In this document: piece by piece, positions 52,823-63,165 of the stretch
How positions within the stretch are numbered: position 1 is the stretch's first letter
How the letters are laid out: each line of letters opens with the position of its first letter
Assembly: GCA_965207895.1 (NCBI GenBank)
Contig: CBDBNN010000002.1
Span: forward strand, 92,498-156,497
DNA: 64,000 bases
Source: Dehalococcoidia bacterium
GTDB lineage: Bacteria > Chloroflexota > Dehalococcoidia > UBA6926
Reading direction: 5' to 3'
The notes under the pieces: model-generated
The model's input: the letters and a program-made list of their open reading frames with translations, nothing else
Databases searched by the model: none
What the model was told of the DNA's origin: nothing
Program-made: the position numbers and the translations under genes

Positions 52823-54691
52823 CTATATGGCTGGAACTGGAACAGGATCAGGATCAGAAGGCGCAGGGTCGATGGGCTCATCATTCAGGAGCTTCTGCAG
52901 ATCGTCTCCCTCCAGGGTCTCTTCAGCGATGAGGTATTCGGCGAGCCGGTCAAGAATGTGCCGGTTCTCATTGATGATGCGCTTCGCCTCATCATAGGAG
53001 CCGAAGACGATGTCGTTGACCTCCTGGTCGATCACATCAGCTACACGCTCGCCGTAGTTGCGCTGTTCCGAGATTTCACGCCCGAGGAAAATCATCTCCT
53101 CACGCTTGCCGAGTGTAAGGGGGCCTAGTTTGTCGCTCATTCCATAGGTTGTGATCATGGCGCGCGCAATACGCGTTACCTGCTCAATGTCGTTGGAGGC
53201 GCCGGTGGAAACATCACCAAACACGATTTCCTCCGCAGCCCGTCCGCCGAGCGCAGCCTTGATGGAATCCACCAACTGGGAGCGAGTACGCAGCATCGAC
53301 TCTTCCTTGGGCAGGAATCGCGTGTAGCCGCCCATCATCCCGCGAGAGACGATGGTGACCTTCTGAACAGGATCTGCATTTGGAGCGAAGTGTCCCACAA
53401 CGGCGTGCCCGGCCTCGTGGAAAGCTGTGGTTCGCTTCTCACGCTCCGTAATGAGGCGGCTCCTGCGCTCCGGTCCGGCAAAGACCCGGTCAACGGCCTC
53501 GGCGAGCTCGTCATACATCACGAGTTTCTTGTTGCGTCGAGCCGCGAGAATCGCCGCCTCGTTGATGAGATTGGCAAGATCCGCGCCGCTGAAACCGGGG
53601 GTCTGCTTGGCTACGACCTCCATGTCGATCTCGGGATCGAGAGGCTTGCCGCGCGCATGGACGTCAAGTATGGCCATGCGCCCTCGAACGTCCGGCAGAT
53701 CGATGGTGACGCGTCGGTCAAAGCGACCGGGGCGCAGAAGGGCCGGATCGAGAATATCGGGACGGTTGGTGGCGGCAATCACGATAACGTTGGTGGAACT
53801 GTCAAAGCCGTCCATCTCAACGAGAATCTGGTTGAGCGTCTGCTCTCGCTCATCATGCCCACCACCGAGTCCTGCGCCGCGGTGACGTCCGACGGCGTCG
53901 ATCTCATCAACAAACACGATGGCCGGCGCGTTGCGCTTTGCCTGGTCAAACAGATCACGGACGCGGCTTGCGCCAACGCCGACAAACATCTCAACAAATT
54001 CAGAACCACTGATGGAGAAGAACGGCGTGCCCGCCTCACCGGCCACCGCGCGGGCCAGAAGTGTCTTACCGCCGCCGGGCGGGCCGACGAGAAGGACACC
54101 ACGAGGGATGCGCGCGCCGAGGCTGGCGAATTTCTCCGGATACTTGAGGAACTCAACAACCTCTTCAAGTTCAATCTTGGCCTCTTCAACACCTGCCACG
54201 TCCGAGAACGAGACGGCAGGACGATTGCCCATGAACATACGGGCACGACTGCGCCCAAAGTTGAGGGCCTGGCTGTTGCCGCCCTGCGCCTGCCGCATGA
54301 AGAAGATCAGGATTGCGCCGAAGAAGATGAGCGGCAGGAAGTTGATGAACAAGCCAAACAGGCTGCCCAAGCCGCTGCTGCCACGAGGCCGTAGGTCCAC
54401 CTGGCCGGCGCCTTCGCCAACTTCTACGCCGCTCGCCGTCAGCATTTCAAAGACGGAAATGTCCGGTTCCTTGTTGACGGTGACCTCTCGGTTGTCCACC
54501 GTCATCACCTTCAATGAGTCGTTAGAGACCTCAATTGACGTGACGTTGCCGCCCCGCGCCTGTTCAATCAGCCAGCCCAACGACTGATTTCCCTGTCCTC
54601 CGGAGCTCTGAAGGAGCGTAAAGAGAATGGCAACGAGGGCGACGGCAACCAGCACCCAAATAAAACTATTCCGAAAGATCCGGGGATTCAT
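52823..54691 (-). CDS. ftsH: ATP-dependent zinc metalloprotease FtsH
   Basis: Two TM segments, Walker [18 protein letters not shown] motif [16 protein letters not shown]. Confidence 0.98.
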   Translation of the reverse strand: MNPRIFRNSFIWVLVAVALVAILFTLLQSSGGQGNQSLGWLIEQARGGNVTSIEVSNDSLKVMTVDNREVTVNKEPDISVFEMLTASGVEVGEGAGQVDLRPRGSSGLGSLFGLFINFLPLIFFGAILIFFMRQAQGGNSQALNFGRSRARMFMGNRPAVSFSDVAGVEEAKIELEEVVEFLKYPEKFASLGARIPRGVLLVGPPGGGKTLLARAVAGEAGTPFFSISGSEFVEMFVGVGASRVRDLFDQAKRNAPAIVFVDEIDAVGRHRGAGLGGGHDEREQTLNQILVEMDGFDSSTNVIVIAATNRPDILDPALLRPGRFDRRVTIDLPDVRGRMAILDVHARGKPLDPEIDMEVVAKQTPGFSGADLANLINEAAILAARRNKKLVMYDELAEAVDRVFAGPERRSRLITEREKRTTAFHEAGHAVVGHFAPNADPVQKVTIVSRGMMGGYTRFLPKEESMLRTRSQLVDSIKAALGGRAAEEIVFGDVSTGASNDIEQVTRIARAMITTYGMSDKLGPLTLGKREEMIFLGREISEQRNYGERVADVIDQEVNDIVFGSYDEAKRIINENRHILDRLAEYLIAEETLEGDDLQKLLNDEPIDPAPSDPDPVPVPAI

Positions 54692-54869
54692 TCGATGCTC
54701 GCGCCTGATTTCATCACTTTGTGCTGTGTTTCTACTATTATCAATGTCAGGGTCTTGCCGCTCTCCCTCCGGCCTTTCAAAGACTCCAACGGACGAAGTG
54801 CGCAGCGTCCCCCAACCTTGAGCCTAGTATACTCCGATAGGGCGCGCGCTGTGACAGACACGAACGCCC

Positions 54870-56453
54870 TTGAAAGGAATCGCTGACACCAAAGCCGTGT
54901 CATTTTCATTCGACCGCAACCGATTATTCATTGTTGCCGCCATCGTCGGCACGTTCCCTGCTATCGTTCTCTTCGTTCTGGGCCGCACGCAAGACCTGCA
55001 TCTCGTCCCGCTCCTCAACTCCCTCATCTATGGTCTCGGCATTCTCAGCGCTGCATTCCTCCTCTCGTGGGCCGCAGAGGCGTTCGAACACGATATTTCC
55101 CATGGACTCGCGCTCGCGCTTGTAGCGATCATCACCGTGCTGCCGGAGTACGCCGTCGACTTCAGCCTGGTGTGGAAGGCCGGCACCGACCCTGAATACG
55201 CCGGCTACGCCGTCGCGAACATGACGGGCGCGAATCGCTTGCTGATCGGCCTTGCATGGCCACTCATTGTGGGAGTCGTCTGGTTCAAGGGACTGCGCAG
55301 GATGCGAGGGCAGACGAGCGGCAGCACATTTCGCCCGCCGGGGATTGTCGCGCGCCTTGCGAGCCATGTTCCCGGTGTCGGAACCATTGAAGATCGTCAT
55401 GGCCGTGTCCAGCTCTACAAGAGTCAGACGATTGAACTGTCATTCCTGACTGCGGCGACAATCTACGCGTTCACGATTCCGTTCAAAGGACAAATCGACC
55501 TCCTGGACGCGGTGGTTCTCATCGGGCTGTTTGGACTCTACATGTGGTTCAGTTCACGAGCAGCAGTGGTGGTGCCGCAGCTGGTGGGCCCGGCGGCCGT
55601 GATTGGCAACCTGGAGCCGTCCCGCCGGCGCATGGTGGTGCTGGTGTCATTCTTTTTCTCAGCGGCTGTGATCTTCATGTCGGCTGAGCCGTTTGCCGAG
55701 GGGATGATCGAGACGGGAAAGAACATCGGCATTGATGAGTTTCTGTTGATCCAGTGGGTTGCGCCGCTGGCTTCGGAAGCCCCGGAGATAGTCGTCGCAT
55801 GCATCTTTGCGATACGGGGCGATGCCTCCTCCGCACTCGGTTTGCTGGTCTCCGCAAAGGTGAACCAGTGGTCTCTGCTGGTAGGCAGCCTGCCGATTGT
55901 GTATTCGGCGTCAGTTGGGAGCCCGGCTGCGCTGCCACTTGATGACCGTCAGGCACAAGAGGTGTTGCTGACTGCGGCACAATCACTGTTTGCCGTCGTT
56001 CTCCTCGCGTCGCTGCATCTCGGGCCACGCGGCGCAATTGCCCTGTTTGCGCTCTTCACAACGCAGCTGATACTTCCTGCGCTGGAAGCGCCCGTGAATG
56101 CCATATCTGGCACTGATGTCTCGCTACAGGAAGGACGCTTATGGTTCTCCTACATCTACTTTGTCGCCATCGCGTTTATGCTCGCGCTTAGCGGAGAGAC
56201 GAGGCGCGCGCTATATGCCCTGCCGCGCCGGGCCTACCGGGAGGCATACAAGATAACGCACCACGAGGGGGGCGGCGATCGGCCAACATCAGGGAGGCGC
56301 GGCCGCGGATTCCGCTCCATGGACTCGCATCATGTCACGAGTGTTGGAGCGAGCGACGGCACGGAGGACGGCGGCATACATATGCGAGGGACGGCTGCCA
56401 CCGACCCGAGGCGCCTCAATAACCGCATGAGGCTTTGGGGTTGGAGCGAGTAA
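54870..56453 (+). CDS. CaCA-family Na+/Ca2+ antiporter-like membrane protein
   Basis: Alpha-repeat motifs ITVLPEYAVD...ANMTGANRLLIG and PLASEAPE...SAKVNQWSLL. Exact start uncertain. Confidence 0.82.
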   Translation: MKGIADTKAVSFSFDRNRLFIVAAIVGTFPAIVLFVLGRTQDLHLVPLLNSLIYGLGILSAAFLLSWAAEAFEHDISHGLALALVAIITVLPEYAVDFSLVWKAGTDPEYAGYAVANMTGANRLLIGLAWPLIVGVVWFKGLRRMRGQTSGSTFRPPGIVARLASHVPGVGTIEDRHGRVQLYKSQTIELSFLTAATIYAFTIPFKGQIDLLDAVVLIGLFGLYMWFSSRAAVVVPQLVGPAAVIGNLEPSRRRMVVLVSFFFSAAVIFMSAEPFAEGMIETGKNIGIDEFLLIQWVAPLASEAPEIVVACIFAIRGDASSALGLLVSAKVNQWSLLVGSLPIVYSASVGSPAALPLDDRQAQEVLLTAAQSLFAVVLLASLHLGPRGAIALFALFTTQLILPALEAPVNAISGTDVSLQEGRLWFSYIYFVAIAFMLALSGETRRALYALPRRAYREAYKITHHEGGGDRPTSGRRGRGFRSMDSHHVTSVGASDGTEDGGIHMRGTAATDPRRLNNRMRLWGWSE

Positions 56454-56957
56454 GCCCCACAACGGCGGCAGCTGATTGCGGCGGACAGCCTTGCCGGGAA
56501 CCATCAAGTAGTTGTAATCCGCCACGCGGATGAACCTGGGATCGTGGAACTTGGTACTCAGCCGCCCCGCTCGTTCCTTGAGCCTGGTGGACCTGTGAGA
56601 GAGCATCTCGACGTCAAGCGTCGCCTGCGCGGCGGAATCGTCATCATGCGTGCCCTCCAGAATCTCCTGCGTCAGCGAAGCCATACGGTCGTTGGCCTCC
56701 TCTTCCTTGCGCAGCCGCTCCTGATCCCGCGAATCGTTGTCGTCGCGGCGGAAATCAGCCAGTGAGGACTTGACCTCAACAACGTACAGCGCCTTGTCTT
56801 TGCTGACGCCCGCCACGTCCACGATGCGGCCACCCGGGCCCTCAAATGCAACTTCAAAGCCGATTACCCGGCAGTGCGCGACGTTATATAGCCATTCCCA
56901 CGCCGCCCACTTGAGCGAGTAGGTGAGGTCAGTTTCGTTGTTGCGCTTGAAAGTCAT
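56289..56957 (-). CDS. PD-(D/E)xK nuclease-like protein (MmcB-like) with a coiled-coil insert
   Basis: GRIVDVAGV..K..LYVVEVKSSLADFRRD...YNYLMVP; start set to ATG 56957. Confidence 0.6.
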   Translation of the reverse strand: MTFKRNNETDLTYSLKWAAWEWLYNVAHCRVIGFEVAFEGPGGRIVDVAGVSKDKALYVVEVKSSLADFRRDDNDSRDQERLRKEEEANDRMASLTQEILEGTHDDDSAAQATLDVEMLSHRSTRLKERAGRLSTKFHDPRFIRVADYNYLMVPGKAVRRNQLPPLWGLLAPTPKPHAVIEAPRVGGSRPSHMYAAVLRAVARSNTRDMMRVHGAESAAAPP

Positions 56958-57121
56958 TTGCGGACATGCGTTCGTCTTGGTGGCGGCATCGTACCTCAGT
57001 AGGATAGGGATGACAAGGGGAGCGGATTGACAGCGGCGCGGATTGACGCGCACTATACGCATAAGCGGATATGTCGAGCAATGCCGCGTACTGTGGGTGT
57101 AGCGTGATCGAGGAGTAGAAA

Positions 57122-58288
57122 ATGAGTATTCGAGGCAAAGCTGCCATCGTAGGCTTTAGTGAACTCCCGCATCGTCGTTCCTATGCCGGCCGCCACTTCA
57201 TGGGGATGTACGCGGAGGCAACGGCCATGGCGATTGCAGACGCGGGCATTCGCAAAGAGGACATCAACGGCATCATCGCCGAGCCACCGTTTGGCCTGCC
57301 GAGTCTCGGATTCGCGTACGACTTTGCCGAGTACATTGGCCTGCAACCCCATTTCGCAACAGCGCTGAACGAAAACGCCGCCACCTTCATTTCCGTGGCC
57401 GCCGCAGCCATCAACGCGGGCTACGCGGACACGGTGCTTTGCATCAACGGAGCGGGACCTGTTTCAAACGTTCCAGGGATGTATGCTCCCGCGCCGGATC
57501 ACGTGGATCCACAGTTCGTTGAGCCCTACGGCCCGGTTGTCGCGGCCAACGGATGGTATGCGCAGATTGCGCGGCGGCACACATGGGAATACGGCACAAC
57601 CGATTTCCAGCGAGCACGAGTAGCGGCAGATCAGCGATTTAACGCCCAGGGCAATGAGAACGCGTTCTTCAACGGCCAGCCCGCCAACGAGGAAGATATC
57701 TTGAACTCGCGGCTCGTCGCAGACCCGCTCCACCTGTTGGAGTGCGTGATGCCGGCGCAGGGCGCAGCGGCAACCATTGTCACGACACCGGAGCGAGCCC
57801 GGACCCTTCGCAACCCGCCTGTTTATCTTCTGGGCGCGGGACACCACAATCTCCGCGCCGAGCACGGCGTTGATTGGGTTGACCGCATCACCACGTCTCC
57901 TGCCGTCGTATCCGCCAAGAAGGCATTCCAGATGGCAGGGCTAGGGCCAGACGACATGGACATGGCCCAGATCTACGACTGCTACACCATCACAGTCATG
58001 ATCACGCTGGAGGACTCCGGATTCTTCCCCAAAGGCGAATCCGGCCCGTTCTACGCGCAGCATGATACGAAGTGGAGCGGTGATTTTCCCGTCAATACCG
58101 GCGGCGGACAGCTTTCAAATGGGCAGTCAACAGCCGGAACAACACAGGTTGTCGAGGCGGTGCGACAGCTGATGGGGCGCGCTGAGAATCACCAGGTCCC
58201 GAACCACGACCTTTGCTTCGTGAACACTTGACGGGGATATATAAGCGACATGTCGTCGCTTGTGCTTGCGACGGAAATCCCGTCGTAG
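57122..58288 (+). CDS. Thiolase-family (SCP2/non-canonical) protein with in-frame TGA at 58229-58231; candidate selenoprotein
   Basis: AAIVGFSE, ADAGIRKEDING, DPLHLLEC, QIYDCYTITV...LED.GF, VNTGGGQLS, VEAVRQL. The ORF track stops at VNT*, but read-through adds U-RGYISDMSSLVLATEIPS*, completing the final beta-hairpin (388 aa). The thiolase call is firm; the Sec call is inferred. Confidence 0.8.
58229..58285 (+). promoter_or_regulatory. Candidate SECIS stem-loop of the thiolase gene
   Basis: Upper stem ATAAGCGAC (58241-58249)/GTCGCTTGT (58255-58263) with loop ATGTC 18 nt after UGA; lower stem TGACGGG(G)AT with ATCCCGTCG (58277-58285). Confidence 0.6.
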
Positions 58289-58306
58289 ACCCCGGTTGGG
58301 GCGATC

Positions 58307-58350
58307 AGTGCCCCGCCGACCGTTTGGTCGGCGGGGCACTTTCATTTTTT
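58307..58350 (+). terminator. Intrinsic terminator after the thiolase gene
   Basis: Perfect 15-bp stem AGTGCCCCGCCGACC-GTTT-GGTCGGCGGGGCACT plus T-tract; lies just after the read-through TAG at 58288. Confidence 0.88.
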
Positions 58351-58492
58351 GGCCTGAATGTGACGTTTTTGAAGCGCATTCCAACCTGAATGTAGCAATG
58401 TTGTAGTCGGATGCGCATACGCGTCAGGGCGACTGTAGTTGTGGGTTCGGCAGCGGCCGGGCCTGAGGCAACAGACGCAGGAGGCGCTCGTC

Positions 58493-60304
58493 ATGCGTAC
58501 ACAAGACAGCAGGCTCACCACAAAGCCCGGGGGCACAACTCCCGGTGGATTCTTCGGGGGAGTTGGATGGACAACAGCCCTGGCACTCATCGCCATCGTC
58601 GCCATGATTGCGATGGCGGCCGGCTGTGCAGCCTCGGAAGAAGACTACGACCGCAGCTATCGATCCACACCCGCAATGGCGGAACCCACCGCCACGGCTG
58701 TCACCATCACCGCATCTTCTCCAACCACAGCCCCACGGTATGAAGAGGCGATGGATGATAGCGCTGCGGGCTCGTCGTACTCATCGAGTCGATCGCGGCG
58801 GGCTACGCCGGTTCCGGCACGACCAACTCCATCCTATGAGAGAACAACGATCGTTCCCGGCGGCCCAATAACATTCGATGACTACGTGCAGTCGGGATGG
58901 GTCTGGGCAGACCAGGACAACATGTCCACGTTCAGCCTGGACACGGACCGCACGTCGTTCGCGCTCGCACTGAACTGGGCGCAGTCGGGGTACGAGATCG
59001 ACCCGGATTCCGTGCGCGCGGAGGAGTGGATCAACGCGTTCAATTATGATTATCCGCAGCCGTCTCACGACGACTCCTTCGGCATCACAACAGACGTGTT
59101 CGAACATCCGCTGGACAGCGCGTTCCAGATGGTGCGTCTTGGATTCCAGGCACCCCGGGTTGAGGACAACATTCCGGTCAACGTGACGCTCGTGCTGGAT
59201 GCGTCCGGCTCCATGGCAGACGGAAATCGTGTTGAAATCGCCCGAGAGGCAGCAGAGGCGATTCGCAACAGCCTGGGCAGCAGGGACCGCATGGCCGTCG
59301 TCCATTTCTCATCGGATGTCATCGACAACCTGACTGTCGAGCACTCGAATCCGGATGACCGTGACGTGCGTCGCTCCATCGACCGACTGACGCCGAGTGC
59401 CAGCACGAACGTGCAGGCCGGGCTGAACGAGGGCGTATGGCTTGCAGACCGGGCTCGGCGCGACAGGCCGAACGCATACAACTACATCATCCTGATGTCG
59501 GACGGCGTGGCCAACGTAGATGCGACAGACCCGTTCGCCATCCTTGAGAGCACCTATGACCGGAACGCCCTAAATCCGCTCCGGCTGATCACCATAGGCG
59601 TGGGCATCAGCAACTACAACGACGTGCTCCTTGAGCAGCTGGCACAGCATGGCAACGGATGGTATCGCTACCTGAACGACACCGAGCACGCACGGCAGAC
59701 CTTCGAGCGCGACAACTGGCTGGCCATCTCGAAGCCCTTCGCCGATCAGACGCGGGCACAGGTGAGGTGGAACCCGGACGTTGTGGACTCGTGGCGCATG
59801 GTCGGCTACGAGAACCGTGTCACCTCCGATGCGTCGTTCACCGAGAACCGCAAGGAATTCGCGGAGATCCCGGCCGGCACGGCGACAACAGTGTTCTTCG
59901 AGGTGCGGCTAAGGGATGAGATGCGCTCCCGGCTGAACAGCGTGGCTGACCTCGGCACCGTGGATCTGCGCTGGGTTGATCCTGTCACGGGCCAGTCCCT
60001 TCAGCAGTCTGAATGGATGGACGTGCGGCTGGACCGGCGACTTGGCAGAGGCGACGACGCATACGTGGAGTTCGGCGCGATTGTGGCGCTGTCCGCAGAT
60101 CGCTATGCCAGCCTACCCAACACGGACTCGTATGGAGCGGAAATCGTGCAGCATGAGTTGGCTGTGCTGTCGGATCGACTCGAGTCCCTTGACGGAGAGC
60201 TTGGACGGCTGGAATCCTTCAAGGATTTCCGTTATGTGCTGGGCCACATGATGCACGACCTGCCTCAAGCCCCGGCAAGGCCGTCATCCGGGTACAGCAA
60301 CTAG
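58493..60304 (+). CDS. YfbK-like vWA-domain lipoprotein
   Basis: SD GGAGG before ATG 58493, hydrophobic signal ending AMAAGC (lipobox), FSLDTDRTS, VRAEEWINAF, MIDAS DASGS/STN/SDG, GYENR. Confidence 0.85.
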   Translation: MRTQDSRLTTKPGGTTPGGFFGGVGWTTALALIAIVAMIAMAAGCAASEEDYDRSYRSTPAMAEPTATAVTITASSPTTAPRYEEAMDDSAAGSSYSSSRSRRATPVPARPTPSYERTTIVPGGPITFDDYVQSGWVWADQDNMSTFSLDTDRTSFALALNWAQSGYEIDPDSVRAEEWINAFNYDYPQPSHDDSFGITTDVFEHPLDSAFQMVRLGFQAPRVEDNIPVNVTLVLDASGSMADGNRVEIAREAAEAIRNSLGSRDRMAVVHFSSDVIDNLTVEHSNPDDRDVRRSIDRLTPSASTNVQAGLNEGVWLADRARRDRPNAYNYIILMSDGVANVDATDPFAILESTYDRNALNPLRLITIGVGISNYNDVLLEQLAQHGNGWYRYLNDTEHARQTFERDNWLAISKPFADQTRAQVRWNPDVVDSWRMVGYENRVTSDASFTENRKEFAEIPAGTATTVFFEVRLRDEMRSRLNSVADLGTVDLRWVDPVTGQSLQQSEWMDVRLDRRLGRGDDAYVEFGAIVALSADRYASLPNTDSYGAEIVQHELAVLSDRLESLDGELGRLESFKDFRYVLGHMMHDLPQAPARPSSGYSN

Positions 60305-60339
60305 TTAGCTATTCACCCCACACCACGGGGGAGGGAGAG

Positions 60340-60370
60340 GCCCGCCCTGCCGTACGGCAGGGCGGGTTTT
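60340..60370 (+). terminator. Terminator after vWA gene 1
   Basis: GCCCGCCCTGCCG-TA-CGGCAGGGCGGGT followed by TTTT. Confidence 0.8.
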
Positions 60371-60584
60371 CTTGACCTCACGCTCAACGTGGCTACCTGA
60401 AGGCGACAGTTCTCCGCGTTTCGGAATCGACTGCTCAATTGAGGTTTTAGATTCTCTTGCCCTCAGGCTCAACGTGATTGCCCAAAGTCGATGGTCTTTT
60501 GGAAGCGAAGGGAACGATTTGGGTCATTGAGCGCGTAGTATCTGACGGACTGGAGAATCGGGCAGAGGCCCAAGGGAACAGCCC

Positions 60585-61112
60585 ATGCAGGACAACCAAG
60601 CGGTGGAGAGATGCCAGGGCGGCGATCGGGACGCCTTTCGCCACCTTGTAGATCGCTATCACGGCGTACTTTTCGGCACAGCCATCCTGATGACGGGCAA
60701 TCGCGCCGTCGCCGAAGAAGCTGTGCAGGAGGCATTTCTCTCTGCGTGGAAAGGCATCCGTAAATTCAGAATTGGCCGCCCGTTCAAGCCGTGGGTGACG
60801 CGAATCCTCGTCAATGAGGTATTGAGCGGCAAGAGACGGCGGTCGATACGGACAGATCCGATACCGGAGCCTGATGAAACTGGCGCGCCGTCCGCTTCAC
60901 ACAATCCTGACGCACTTGCGGATCGGGTTGCCGTCAGGGATGCGATTGCCGAGTTGGATTCAGATCATCAGCAGGTGATTGTTCTGCGCTACTTCACGGA
61001 CCTGACCGTGCCGGAGATCGCCAACTCAATAGGAATACCGGAGGGAACGGTCAAATCGCGGCTCAGTCGGGCCATTGCCCGCCTGAGAGAACACCTGGAC
61101 GAGGCCGGGTGA
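60585..61112 (+). CDS. ECF RNA polymerase sigma factor
   Basis: AFRHLVDRYH, AEEAVQEAFL, FKPWVTRI, region 4 EIANSIGIPEGTVKSRLSRA. Confidence 0.93.
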   Translation: MQDNQAVERCQGGDRDAFRHLVDRYHGVLFGTAILMTGNRAVAEEAVQEAFLSAWKGIRKFRIGRPFKPWVTRILVNEVLSGKRRRSIRTDPIPEPDETGAPSASHNPDALADRVAVRDAIAELDSDHQQVIVLRYFTDLTVPEIANSIGIPEGTVKSRLSRAIARLREHLDEAG

Positions 61113-61121
61113 GGGAGGCCC

Positions 61122-63134
61122 ATGATGGATAGAAGGGATCTATCCGACGAGAACATCGAGGACATCCTGCGTGAGCATTTGCAGGCAGAGCTTGAATCAA
61201 TGCCGCCCGCGGCAAACCCGTGGGAGTGGATTCAGAGTCGGCTGCCACGGCAGCGAAGCAGATTCCTCGGATTCCTTGACCTGTCCGTCGGCTCCGCGCT
61301 CCGCCCGGCGCTGGCCGCGACTGCTCTCCTTGCGCTTGTGATCGGGGTGACTACGTGGCAGGTGTCGGGTTTTAGGGAAACTACTCTCTTGGTGACACCG
61401 CAGGACTTATCGTCAGATGGTCAAACCCGATTTGAGTCGCTAGAGTCGGCTGATTTTGAGTCCGTCCCCCTGATGGACTCCGACAGGGCGTTCCCAACGG
61501 CCTTGGCAATCGTGACCTCAGCAGCAACTACCACTCCTCAATCATTGTCAAACATGCCTCAACCAACGCCGCAGCCATGGGCAACACCGGCTCCTCAAGC
61601 AACAGGCTGGCCCGGGTCACAGAGCAGAGCGCTTCCGACTGCCACGCCTCGACCGGCTACACTGCCCAGCCACAGTGGTTCGACAGACACACCCCCAGAC
61701 GCACGCTTCCGGGATCTTGTGCAGTCCGGCTGGGTCTACGCGCATGAGGATAACCTTTCCACGTTCAGCCTGGATACAGACCGTACCTCATTCTCACTTG
61801 CGCTGAACTGGGCACAGAACGGGTACAAGATTGAGCCAAACTCGGTGCGCGCAGAAGAATGGATCAACGCGTTCAACTACGAGTATCCGCAGCCCGCGCA
61901 TGACGACACGTTTGGAATTACAACGGACGTTTTTGCGCATCCACTGTACAGCGATTTCCACATGGTACGGTTGGGCTTCCAGGCGCCCTATGTCATGGAT
62001 GAGAAGCCGCTCAATGTCACCCTGGTTCTTGACGCATCCGGCTCCATGGCCGACGGCAATCGCGTGGACATTGCACGGGCGGCGGCAGAAGCCATCAGGG
62101 AGAGCCTGAGCAGGGATGACCGCATCGCAGTGGTGCACTTCACGGATAACGTGATATCCGACTACACCGTTCGCCACTCGCGAGCCGATGCCAGAGATGT
62201 CAGAGAGTCCATAAGAAAGCTGGCTCCGCACAGCAGCACCAATGTACAAGCGGGGCTCAATGAAGGAGTGCGTCTTGCGGATCGGGCCCGGCGTCAAAGG
62301 CCGGATGCGCACAACTACATCATCCTGATGTCAGACGGTGTCGCCAACGTGGATGCGACTGACCCCTTCGCAATCCTCGAAAGTGCCTACGATCGCGATG
62401 AGGGTAACCCGCTCAGGCTCATCACCATCGGCGTGGGAATCAGCAACTACAATGATGTACTCCTCGAGCAGTTGGCCCAGTACGGCAACGGCTGGTATCG
62501 GTACCTGAACGACGTTGACCATGCGCGTGCGACGTTTGATCGCGACAACTGGCTGGCCATTTCTACGCCGTTCGCCGACCAGACACGTGCGCAGGTGGAG
62601 TGGAACTCAGATGTGGTCGAATCATGGCGCATGATCGGGTACGAGAACCGACTCACCTCTGACCAATCGTTCACGGAGAATCGAAAGGAATTTGCAGAGA
62701 TACCGTCCGGCGCGGCAACAACCGTCTTCTTTGAAGTTCGACTAACGGGCGGGACGCTATCACGTCGTTTTGAGTCAGCCAACTTGGGCACTGTCGCGTT
62801 GCGCTGGGTCGATCCTGGCAGTGGCATTTCGAATCGACAGGCGACGGAACTGAATTCACGACTGGATCATACACTGGGCCGCAGTGGTGACGCCCTGCTG
62901 GAGTTTGGAGCAGTCGTCGCGCTCGCGGCAGATAGGTACGCAAGCCTGCCATACACCGATGACCTTGACGGCACAGCAGCGCGCGGCGAACTTGAATCCC
63001 TGCAGTCACGAACGGAAAGGCTCGCCTCACGATTGGGCAATCTCAATGCATACCATGACTTTTTGCTTGTGCTAGATCGGATGCTAGATGCGATGCCACA
63101 AACATCGGAAAGGTCATCGGGCTACAGCAATTAG
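61122..63134 (+). CDS. Putative anti-sigma factor fused to a YfbK-like vWA domain
   Basis: Short cytoplasmic N-terminus (..PWEWIQSRL), one TM (ALAATALLALVIGVTTW), P/T-rich linker, then a vWA module collinear with 58493..60304; 9 nt after the ECF stop. Confidence 0.82.
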   Translation: MMDRRDLSDENIEDILREHLQAELESMPPAANPWEWIQSRLPRQRSRFLGFLDLSVGSALRPALAATALLALVIGVTTWQVSGFRETTLLVTPQDLSSDGQTRFESLESADFESVPLMDSDRAFPTALAIVTSAATTTPQSLSNMPQPTPQPWATPAPQATGWPGSQSRALPTATPRPATLPSHSGSTDTPPDARFRDLVQSGWVYAHEDNLSTFSLDTDRTSFSLALNWAQNGYKIEPNSVRAEEWINAFNYEYPQPAHDDTFGITTDVFAHPLYSDFHMVRLGFQAPYVMDEKPLNVTLVLDASGSMADGNRVDIARAAAEAIRESLSRDDRIAVVHFTDNVISDYTVRHSRADARDVRESIRKLAPHSSTNVQAGLNEGVRLADRARRQRPDAHNYIILMSDGVANVDATDPFAILESAYDRDEGNPLRLITIGVGISNYNDVLLEQLAQYGNGWYRYLNDVDHARATFDRDNWLAISTPFADQTRAQVEWNSDVVESWRMIGYENRLTSDQSFTENRKEFAEIPSGAATTVFFEVRLTGGTLSRRFESANLGTVALRWVDPGSGISNRQATELNSRLDHTLGRSGDALLEFGAVVALAADRYASLPYTDDLDGTAARGELESLQSRTERLASRLGNLNAYHDFLLVLDRMLDAMPQTSERSSGYSN

Positions 63135-63165
63135 GGGTGTTTTTCTCCTCGCCCCATTTCAGCAT

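Noticed and set aside
58381-58410. Possible ECF promoter (CAAC-N17-GTAGT) upstream of the vWA lipoprotein, matching the ECF gene's own
   Set aside because: The spacing differs by 2 nt from the candidate at 60511-60539 and the -35 match is weak; not supportable without TSS data.
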